64,000 nt of DNA from Candidatus Yanofskybacteria bacterium (GTDB lineage: Bacteria; Patescibacteriota; Minisyncoccia; 2-02-FULL-40-12; IGHO2-01-FULL-4-A), in assembly GCA_903897805.1 (NCBI GenBank), contig CAIUCV010000005.1:2384-66383 (forward strand), written 5' to 3'. Made by a program: the position numbers and the translations under genes. A model generated the notes under the pieces. It was not told where the DNA came from. It did no database searches and worked only from the letters and a program-made list of their open reading frames with translations. Below, one piece after another: positions 48,468-56,009 of this stretch. Position 1 is the first letter of the stretch; the number at the start of each line of letters is the position of its first letter.

Positions 48468-49562
48468 TTACTTTCGCTCTTCCAGTACCGTCTTTACCCT
48501 CATCGTTTTGTCTTTTCTCATTACCGTCATTTCCAGTTCATCGCCGACCTTTGCCGTCTGTATTATATCCGCGAGTTCGTTTTTTTCGGTTAGCTTGTCG
48601 CCGTTTATTTCAAGCACAATGTCATTTTCCTTTATGCCTGCCTTGTCGGCGGGGGAATCAGCAACAACGGCTTCCGTTCCGGGGATATGGTCCTTTATGA
48701 CCAGCGCGCCGAAATCCACGGGCAGAGCATATTTTTCTTTCAACTCTTTATTCAACATCACATATCTCAAGCCGATAAACGGCCTGACGATGCGACCAAA
48801 TTTGATTATATCTTCAAGGTCCGCTTTGGCCCAGTTAATAGGCAAGGAAAATCCGATATTTTGCGCGCCAAAGATTATAGCGGTATTAATACCGATAACT
48901 TCGCCGTCAAGATTAATCAGTGGTCCGCCGGAATTTCCCTGATTGATGGCTACGTCCGTCTGAATGACGTTTCGCAGGTTTTCTACCTGCCCGCCTTGTC
49001 CCATTGATGCCGAGATTTTGCGGCCGAGGCCGGAAATTATTCCCTTGGATACCGTGTTGGTGAAAAGACCGAGCGCGTTGCCGATGGCAACAACCGTTTG
49101 CCCCAGTTCTATTTTGTTGGAATTGCCAAGCTGTACGGCCGGCAGGCCCCGGGCATCAATTTTCAGGACCGCAACATCGTTCATGGGGTCGCGGGAAATA
49201 ACTTTTCCCGCGTATTCTTTTTCGTCGCTGGTAACGACAGTATATTCAGCTTCGGTATCAAAAACTACATGCTTGTTGGTTAAAACCAAACCGTCGGGAT
49301 GAACGATAAAACCGGAGCCGCCTCCGACTTTTACTTTTTCTCCCTTGGATTTTCCCAAATGCTTGTCAGGGAGCATTTCGCCAGGTCCCGCCTGCCGGTC
49401 GGGCAGGTCTTCCGGTAGGGGCATGCCGAATCCGAACGGCCCAAAAAACGGGGGGAAGGGCATCTGCCTGATTTTGGGCATAAACTTGGAAATGGCAATG
49501 CTAACCACCGCCGGGCCGACCTTTTTTACTGCTTCTATTGTTTGTTTTTCAATGTCTATCAT
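48468..49562 (-). CDS. htrA: HtrA/DegP-like serine protease with PDZ domain
   Basis: GSGFI, TNKHVV, DVAVLK, QTDVAINQGNSGGPL, C-terminal PDZ. Confidence 0.93.
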   Translation of the reverse strand: MIDIEKQTIEAVKKVGPAVVSIAISKFMPKIRQMPFPPFFGPFGFGMPLPEDLPDRQAGPGEMLPDKHLGKSKGEKVKVGGGSGFIVHPDGLVLTNKHVVFDTEAEYTVVTSDEKEYAGKVISRDPMNDVAVLKIDARGLPAVQLGNSNKIELGQTVVAIGNALGLFTNTVSKGIISGLGRKISASMGQGGQVENLRNVIQTDVAINQGNSGGPLINLDGEVIGINTAIIFGAQNIGFSLPINWAKADLEDIIKFGRIVRPFIGLRYVMLNKELKEKYALPVDFGALVIKDHIPGTEAVVADSPADKAGIKENDIVLEINGDKLTEKNELADIIQTAKVGDELEMTVMRKDKTMRVKTVLEERK

Positions 49563-49638
49563 GCTAAAAAGTATAACATGACCAAGAAAATAAATTCAAA
49601 TTTGCAAAAAAGAAAATCCCTTGAGAGGGATTTGGCGG

Positions 49639-49872
49639 TTACTTAGTCTTCTTTTTGGTCTTGATATGTGCTGGCTGCTTATGCTTAAATTTTGCAATAT
49701 CTTTTTCGAGCGATTGGATATAGTTTTTCCTTGGACGAGATCGCTCTTTCTCTATGCGTAATGCTATACCAAGTGTTTTAGCTACCTCATTGTCGCTGAG
49801 ACCTAGCGTCTTTGCAACCTTTTCTGGTGAAGGAAATCCAGCCCTTATCAATATTCTTTTTCTTTTTGACAT
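49639..49872 (-). CDS. Small basic hypothetical protein (HTH-like)
   Basis: GGGGAGG SD; repeated VAKTLG motif. Confidence 0.6.
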   Translation of the reverse strand: MSKRKRILIRAGFPSPEKVAKTLGLSDNEVAKTLGIALRIEKERSRPRKNYIQSLEKDIAKFKHKQPAHIKTKKKTK

Positions 49873-49964
49873 ATTGCCTCCCCGATTGATTTTAAAAGGT
49901 CTATTTTGGTTAGGCCCAATATATCATAATAGTATAGCAAAATGCAAGAAACCAGTCTTAATTT

Positions 49965-50501
49965 ATGAAAAAGCTCTCGCGAAAATTTTTTGATAGGCCA
50001 ACATTGAGAATTGCCAAAGAACTGCTTGGCAAGATTTTGGTTAGGAAAATTAGACGGAAAGTCGTCAGGGTAATAATTACCGAAACCGAGGCCTATTGCG
50101 GTCCGAGAGACCTTGCTAATCACGCTTCGCGCGGGCGGACAAAACGCACCGAAGTAATGTTCGGTCCGGCCGGCCACGCATATGTTTACCTGATATATGG
50201 GATGTATCATTGCCTGAATATCGTTACAGAAAAAGAGAATTATCCAGCGGCAGTTTTGATACGCGGAGCCGTATTGAAAAAAGATAAATCTGGCGCCAAG
50301 CTAGGTGGCCCTGGAAAACTTTGCCGATTTTTAAAGATAGACAAGGCCCTCAATGGAGAAGATGTGATTGAAAGTAAGAGATTGTGGGTGGAGGAAGGAG
50401 TAAAATTAAAGCCGCGCCAGATTGGCAGGTTAAAACGAATCGGCGTTGATTACGCCGGTCCATACAAACACAAACTCTGGAGGTTTTTCGTTAAATCGTG
50501 A
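49965..50501 (+). CDS. mpg: 3-methyladenine DNA glycosylase (MPG/AAG family)
   Basis: ETEAY, MFGPAGHAYVYLIYGMY.CLNIV, AVLIRG, GPGKL, RIGV, WRF. Confidence 0.95.
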   Translation: MKKLSRKFFDRPTLRIAKELLGKILVRKIRRKVVRVIITETEAYCGPRDLANHASRGRTKRTEVMFGPAGHAYVYLIYGMYHCLNIVTEKENYPAAVLIRGAVLKKDKSGAKLGGPGKLCRFLKIDKALNGEDVIESKRLWVEEGVKLKPRQIGRLKRIGVDYAGPYKHKLWRFFVKS

Positions 50502-50576
50502 AACGAGACTTGACTTTTAAGCCAAGGCCAGTTAACTTATCTCCAGTTTTTTAAAATTGAAGACAGGGGACCGCTT

Positions 50577-51863
50577 ATGCGCAATGAAGTAAAAGTCGGC
50601 AAGTTAAATAACGGTTTAAAATTTTATTCCCAATATGATTGGTCTGGCGGCACGCATCTAGCCGGGATAGGTGTTAAAGTTGGCTCACTGCACACCCCAC
50701 CAGGTTGCGTTGGGCTCCCGCATCTAGTTGAGCATCTGCTTGCCAGAGAGTCGCTTAAGTACGCGCCGCTTCAAGCAGAAATGATTTTTGAAAAGCACTT
50801 AGGCGATCCCGACGAGGATATAAATATAAGAATTGACAGAGCAAGCACTTTTTATGGCTTTGGCGATCTGCTTAAAAAAGAAGGCATGCTGGCGTGTTTT
50901 GATGTAATGGCCAATTTTTTGCGCGACAAGATCGTAACCGCCGAAGGCATAGATGTTGAAAAAGCCGCGGTCCATAATGAATATTACTTGCGTGGCGTTG
51001 ATTCAATGTGGAGTTTAATTGATGACTTAATGCACGGACTGATATATGAACGCAATCCGGCAAGACTCAGGATTGATTGCGAGGTTGATGACCTAAAGGG
51101 AATTAAAAGGAGTCAAATTGCCAGTTTTATTAGGAAACACTATGTCCCAGAAAATATGTTTCTGATTATGCTCGGTCCCAGATTTGAAGAGGTCAGAGAA
51201 TTTGCCAAGCAATACTTTGATGATTTGAAAAATAAACCAAGGCCAGTGCTGGATTATGACCATTCTGATAATTTGCCCGTACTCGCATCGATTAGGTCAA
51301 ATGAGGTTGAAAGAGCGAGTATCGGTCAGTTTCACTTTGCGCTTGGTTTCCCCACAGAGAGTTATATGAGCAAAGACGCTGAAGCACTCGATGTTTTAGC
51401 TAGGATCCTGGCCTTCAGGTTGAGACAGCGGCTCAGAGAAGGGAATCGTATATTTGACCAGGGCGTCTACCGGGCCAATGTATACACTTCAAGATCGTTT
51501 TTGCATGGTTTGATATATGCAATCTTTGCTACGGTCAGCGGGGAATTTGCCCAAAAAGGCGAGGGGATAGTTCTAGAACAGATTCAAAAACTTAAAGAAG
51601 AACTGGTGGGCGATGAGGAACTCGATGCTATGGTTAGCTATATTGACAATTCGTATCAGGATGCATTTAAAAAGATTGCCCTAACCTTGTCGGAAATGAT
51701 CATTGAAGCAGTATGCAATGGCGACGATGAGGACGGCAAAGAATTGGTTCATCTCCATTCTTTCAGGCAGAGATTACATAAAGTGACGCGCCGAAAATTG
51801 CGCGCCGTCGCTAATAAATACTTTACCCCGAATTATGCTCGCGTCCTGATAAGACCCGTCTAA
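50577..51863 (+). CDS. M16 (insulinase-like) metallopeptidase, divergent
   Basis: LNNGL, VGS, HLVEH inverted zinc motif, EKAAVHNE, HYVPENM. Confidence 0.88.
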   Translation: MRNEVKVGKLNNGLKFYSQYDWSGGTHLAGIGVKVGSLHTPPGCVGLPHLVEHLLARESLKYAPLQAEMIFEKHLGDPDEDINIRIDRASTFYGFGDLLKKEGMLACFDVMANFLRDKIVTAEGIDVEKAAVHNEYYLRGVDSMWSLIDDLMHGLIYERNPARLRIDCEVDDLKGIKRSQIASFIRKHYVPENMFLIMLGPRFEEVREFAKQYFDDLKNKPRPVLDYDHSDNLPVLASIRSNEVERASIGQFHFALGFPTESYMSKDAEALDVLARILAFRLRQRLREGNRIFDQGVYRANVYTSRSFLHGLIYAIFATVSGEFAQKGEGIVLEQIQKLKEELVGDEELDAMVSYIDNSYQDAFKKIALTLSEMIIEAVCNGDDEDGKELVHLHSFRQRLHKVTRRKLRAVANKYFTPNYARVLIRPV

Positions 51864-51867
51864 GCCC

Positions 51868-51890
51868 AACCCGCAATTGCGGGTTTTTAT
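51868..51890 (+). terminator. Rho-independent terminator
   Basis: aacccgc-aatt-gcgggtt followed by a T tract. Confidence 0.7.
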
Positions 51891-51970
51891 TTGCTTGGAG
51901 GGTCTATGGACTTTTTTGATGAGATGCCCTATGGTGTCGATATTAGGACTTTGAAAATTAGGGGGGCAAA

Positions 51971-52774
51971 ATGGCGTTTGCTTCAGAGTTCTTTGCTTCA
52001 GAATTTCCGATTATGCATCAGGAAAAAGTAGGGGCCATCATTGAGCGTTTGAAGATTGGGCAATCTTCCCCGCAGCCGGCAGGGAGAAAGAGCAACACTA
52101 CCGTTTTCGCGTTTACGTATGATAACGGGGTGGTTTTAGCCGGCGATCGGAGAATGACAGATGGCTATTATGAGATTGCTTCTGACAACACTATTAAAGT
52201 TAAACAATTGTCCAAATTCTCGGCTATAGCTTGCGCTGGCTCCTGCAATATTATCAGATACTTAGAAGACAACATGGAAGCCGTTTGCGCTATTTTCAAG
52301 GAACGGTATCAAAGGGAATTGTCGCCGGATGGACAAGCCAACCACCTTCGAAATTTAATGGAGGGGTGGTGGTATTTCTACGTTTTTTACTGGTATTGGT
52401 CTATAGGTGTGCCCGTACTGGCTACCTATGATTTGGAAATGGGGCAACCGCGCATATTTTCTTTTGCCGAAGATGGTTTCTATTTTGAACCGTCGTTTCT
52501 TGCCGGAACCGGTTGCGGATTTGAAACGGTCAGGGGACTGATAGTTGATCGTTGGCGGGAAGACCTTGATGCTGACTTGGCGATAACTCTTGCCGTCAGA
52601 GCAATGATCCACTCAGGAGTCGCAAGCCATGGCGTTAGTGATGCCCGAATCGTACCGCCGAAAGTCGCTCTTATTGATAAGGAAGGATTTAGATGGGTAC
52701 CTGAGCGACTAATTATAAAGAAGAGGGACGACTTATTAAAAGAAATAAGGGGGATACGATGCCTGTTGTGCTAA
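51971..52774 (+). CDS. prcB: 20S proteasome beta subunit, actinobacterial PrcB-like
   Basis: 42-aa propeptide, then TTVFAFTYDNGVVLAGDRRMT (Thr1, Asp17, Lys34); PVLATYD...RIFSF, GTGCG, ALIDKEG..WVPE. Confidence 0.85.
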   Translation: MAFASEFFASEFPIMHQEKVGAIIERLKIGQSSPQPAGRKSNTTVFAFTYDNGVVLAGDRRMTDGYYEIASDNTIKVKQLSKFSAIACAGSCNIIRYLEDNMEAVCAIFKERYQRELSPDGQANHLRNLMEGWWYFYVFYWYWSIGVPVLATYDLEMGQPRIFSFAEDGFYFEPSFLAGTGCGFETVRGLIVDRWREDLDADLAITLAVRAMIHSGVASHGVSDARIVPPKVALIDKEGFRWVPERLIIKKRDDLLKEIRGIRCLLC

Positions 52775-53448
52775 GACTTGAACCGTCTCCGGAAGCAAAA
52801 AAAGAAGCCATTAATTCCTTGCTTTCAGACAGAACAGGGCTGATCATCAGAGGCAAGAATTGTGTAGTAGTTGCTATCAAGTCGCCGGTTATAGTTAATG
52901 TTCTTAAACATCCTGGTGAAGGCCTTGAGCATTCTAGCCAAAGTACAAAATTGTTCATTTGGGGGCTTGGCGGTTCTGTTGCCGCGAGAAGAGGTTTTGG
53001 AATAGAGTTTGGCCGATTTGAGAACGAATTGAGAAACAGATTTTCCCATAGAGACCTGAATTTTGTAATGCTTAACGATTTCATCAGTGGTTACCTCCGA
53101 AAGGACCTTTATAGCCGCAAGTCCGATGAGCCCTTGGCGCTGGAATTCATTTTGGCTGAGATTACCTTGAGTAGTATGACCTTTTCCATCATCAATTTTG
53201 ACGGGGATTCAAGATTTTTCAAGGAAAGCAGCTTTACTGTTATCGGATGCACTGGCGACAAGGAAAAAAAGGAATTGACAGAATCTCTCAATAGCTTGAA
53301 TTTGGGCAATCTTTCGGCAAAAGAAATTAGTGAATTAGTTCAGCCACTGCTGGAGAAATTCAAGGGCGACTTCTTTTTGATATCTTTTTCCTTGAAGAGC
53401 AGGAAGGCCCCAAAACAAAAAAATAAACCGCGAGCAAGACGCCAATAG
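52759..53448 (+). CDS. prcA: Divergent 20S proteasome alpha subunit, PrcA-like
   Basis: Overlaps prcB; FSHRDLN..LND.ISGYL...PLALEFILAEI...INFDG...FTVIG parallels the PrcA pattern YDRRDV...PYEVELCVAEV...ITYDG...FVVMG (recalled). Confidence 0.65.
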   Translation: MPVVLRLEPSPEAKKEAINSLLSDRTGLIIRGKNCVVVAIKSPVIVNVLKHPGEGLEHSSQSTKLFIWGLGGSVAARRGFGIEFGRFENELRNRFSHRDLNFVMLNDFISGYLRKDLYSRKSDEPLALEFILAEITLSSMTFSIINFDGDSRFFKESSFTVIGCTGDKEKKELTESLNSLNLGNLSAKEISELVQPLLEKFKGDFFLISFSLKSRKAPKQKNKPRARRQ

Positions 53449-53460
53449 CGTCTTTTTTAT
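53436..53460 (+). terminator. Rho-independent terminator
   Basis: aagacgc-caata-gcgtctt followed by a T tract. Confidence 0.7.
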
Positions 53461-53536
53461 TTCGGATAAATTGCATTATTTATCTCCGCGCGTTAATATG
53501 AGCGCGAATCCAGTTCTTTAAAAAAGGAGGTTTCGC

Positions 53537-54184
53537 ATGAAAGCCAGACCGAATAGTACATCAAAACCCGCTAATTTAAAGCAGGTATTAAATTGGACTC
53601 CGACCGATTGGCAATATCAGAAATTCTTGGACCGGGGGATCGTTTTTATACAAGGCGTGACCGATGGAGCAATGTCATCTGAATTTAGTTACGAAATGAT
53701 GCATCTCACGAAAATCGAACCGCCCATGGAAGGCGGTACCAAAAAGCCGATTTGGATAATCCTGGATTCGTGTGGCGGCAGTGTTGTTGCGGGCCTAGCC
53801 ATATATGACACGATAAAAGCCACGGTGGCTTCCGGTGCCGAAGTGAATATTATTGGCAAAGGCATAGTAGCGTCTATGGCCTCTGTCATTATTCAGGCCG
53901 GGTCAAAAAGACTTGCCTTGCCGCATACCCAATTCCTTGTGCATGAAATTAGCCAGTCGATTTTCGAGGAGGAAGAAAAAGTCAGCGAGGGCGAAGAGCG
54001 GATTCAGGAAGTCAAGAGAATCAACCGTATCATCATGAATATTATTGCCGAAAGAGCGGGCATAGATGTTGATGAACTCATTAAACTTTCAAAGAAAAAA
54101 GATTGTTGGTTTGATGCTTTAGGCGCGCGCAAGTTAGGCACAAATGGCCTGATTGACGAAATCATTACCACTTTTCCTTTTTAA
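53537..54184 (+). CDS. clpP: ClpP-family serine protease, divergent
   Basis: DSCGGSVVAGLAIYDTI, ASMAS (Ser), LVHE (His), KDCWF (Asp), GLIDEI. Confidence 0.88.
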   Translation: MKARPNSTSKPANLKQVLNWTPTDWQYQKFLDRGIVFIQGVTDGAMSSEFSYEMMHLTKIEPPMEGGTKKPIWIILDSCGGSVVAGLAIYDTIKATVASGAEVNIIGKGIVASMASVIIQAGSKRLALPHTQFLVHEISQSIFEEEEKVSEGEERIQEVKRINRIIMNIIAERAGIDVDELIKLSKKKDCWFDALGARKLGTNGLIDEIITTFPF

Positions 54185-54260
54185 GTAACTCGTTTAAACA
54201 ACTCGCGATTAAGCGAGTTTTTGTTTTAGATTTAGGGCGTTTTATGCTAGGATTTAAGGA

Positions 54261-55976
54261 ATGATAAGAGACGTCATCGGCGAAATAGTTAAGGGAGCAA
54301 TAGACGAAATTTGGGGGACGAAAATAACGCCTTTGGATGTTTTAATTGAAGTTGAAAAACCCCAGAGCGAATTCGGCGATTACGCAGTAAATGTGGCTTT
54401 CGCGTTGAGCAAGTTGTTGCACTTTGGCCCCAATGAAATTGCCGGTTCGCTCGTCCGGAAACTAAACGAGAAAAGGACGCCGGAAATTGCAAAGGTTGAA
54501 GCTGCCGGTGGGTACATAAATTTTTTCCTGAGTTCGGAATATCTGCAAAAGGAGCTATCAAAAATCGCAGAGGACAAAAATTTTGGCCTGAATGAGACCT
54601 TGAAAGGAAAAACGGTGATGATTGAATACACAGACCCGAATCCTTTTAAACTTTTCCATATCGGGCATCTAATGAGCAACACGATAGGGGAGTCAATCGC
54701 GCGGCTATACGAAGCTTCCGGCGCGAAGGTCATCAGAGCTAATTATCAAGGGGACGTCGGGCTTCATGTCGCCAAGGCGATCTGGGAAATGAAAAAAGAA
54801 AAGATTCTTCCTCGTGATGTCGTGATGGAAACTCTAGCGCGAGTATATGCTATTGGATCTAAATCATATGAAGATGCGGAAGAAGAATCTGCGGTCAAAA
54901 AAGAAATAGCAGAGATCAATGAGAAGATCTATGAAAAAAGTGATTCAGAAATAAACAATTTATATAATTCGGGTAGAAAAGTTTCTTTGGATAATTTTGA
55001 AGTGATGTATAAAAAACTCGGCACGAAGTTTGATGTCTATTTCTTTGAAAGCGAAATGGGCGAGGAGGGCAAAGAAACAGTTTTGGGCAATCCGAAGATT
55101 TTTAAGAAGAGTGAAGGCGCGATTGTTTTCAAAGGCGAGGACTATGGACTACACACGAGGGTTTTTATCAATTCCAAAGGTTTACCGACATATGAGGCCA
55201 AGGAACTTGGGCTGAATAAGAAAAAATTTGAGCTTTATCCGTTGGATCTTTCCATTATTATTACTGGTAATGAAATTGACGAGTATTTCAGAGTTTTATT
55301 AAAGGTAATGGAGCTTATTATGCCCGAGGTCGCCGAGAAAACCGTCCACATTTCTCACGGAATGCTACGGCTGCCAAGCGGCAAGATGTCTTCTAGAACC
55401 GGGGATGTGATTACTGCAGAGTGGCTCATAAGTGAAATAAAATCCAGGTTGAAAGAAAAGGAAAACAAAGATAAGGGACTGACCGGCGAAGAAAAAGAAA
55501 ACAATTCCGAGCAAATTGCCATCGGCGCAATGAAATATTCTATACTCCGCCAGGCCCTGGGGCACGATATTATCTTTGATTTTGATAAGTCCTTATCTTT
55601 GGAAGGGGACTCGGGGCCTTACGCGCAATATGCTTATGCGCGGTTAAAGAGCATTCTTTCCAAAGCAGAAAATTATGATGCGAGGTCAGCGGATATGGCG
55701 GTGCTTAAGGAAAAATCCGAGCTGGAACTGATCAAGCAACTACTTGAATTACCCGAAGTGATTAAGTACAGCGGGGAAAAGCTCGCTCCACATCATTTAG
55801 TCAAATATATCCACGAGCTGGCAAGCGCGATGAATCATTTCTACGAATCCATCAGAATACTAACCGACGAAGATGTGCCGCGACGACAGGCGCGATTGGT
55901 TCTTGTTGAAACTGCGGCGGCGATTCTCAAAACCGGCCTCGGTCTTTTAGGGGTTAAGGTGCTGGAGAAAATTTGA
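54261..55976 (+). CDS. argS: Arginine--tRNA ligase
   Basis: FGDY, PNPFKLFHIGH, KMSSRTG, GDSGPYAQYAYAR. Confidence 0.97.
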   Translation: MIRDVIGEIVKGAIDEIWGTKITPLDVLIEVEKPQSEFGDYAVNVAFALSKLLHFGPNEIAGSLVRKLNEKRTPEIAKVEAAGGYINFFLSSEYLQKELSKIAEDKNFGLNETLKGKTVMIEYTDPNPFKLFHIGHLMSNTIGESIARLYEASGAKVIRANYQGDVGLHVAKAIWEMKKEKILPRDVVMETLARVYAIGSKSYEDAEEESAVKKEIAEINEKIYEKSDSEINNLYNSGRKVSLDNFEVMYKKLGTKFDVYFFESEMGEEGKETVLGNPKIFKKSEGAIVFKGEDYGLHTRVFINSKGLPTYEAKELGLNKKKFELYPLDLSIIITGNEIDEYFRVLLKVMELIMPEVAEKTVHISHGMLRLPSGKMSSRTGDVITAEWLISEIKSRLKEKENKDKGLTGEEKENNSEQIAIGAMKYSILRQALGHDIIFDFDKSLSLEGDSGPYAQYAYARLKSILSKAENYDARSADMAVLKEKSELELIKQLLELPEVIKYSGEKLAPHHLVKYIHELASAMNHFYESIRILTDEDVPRRQARLVLVETAAAILKTGLGLLGVKVLEKI

Positions 55977-56009
55977 ATTTAGCCCCTTTTTTGCTATGCT
56001 TTAACTTAT

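Noticed and set aside
51864-51970. Pup/UBact gene upstream of prcB
   Set aside because: The 107-bp gap holds a terminator and promoter-like leader, with no ORF ending in GGE/GGQ or a similar motif.
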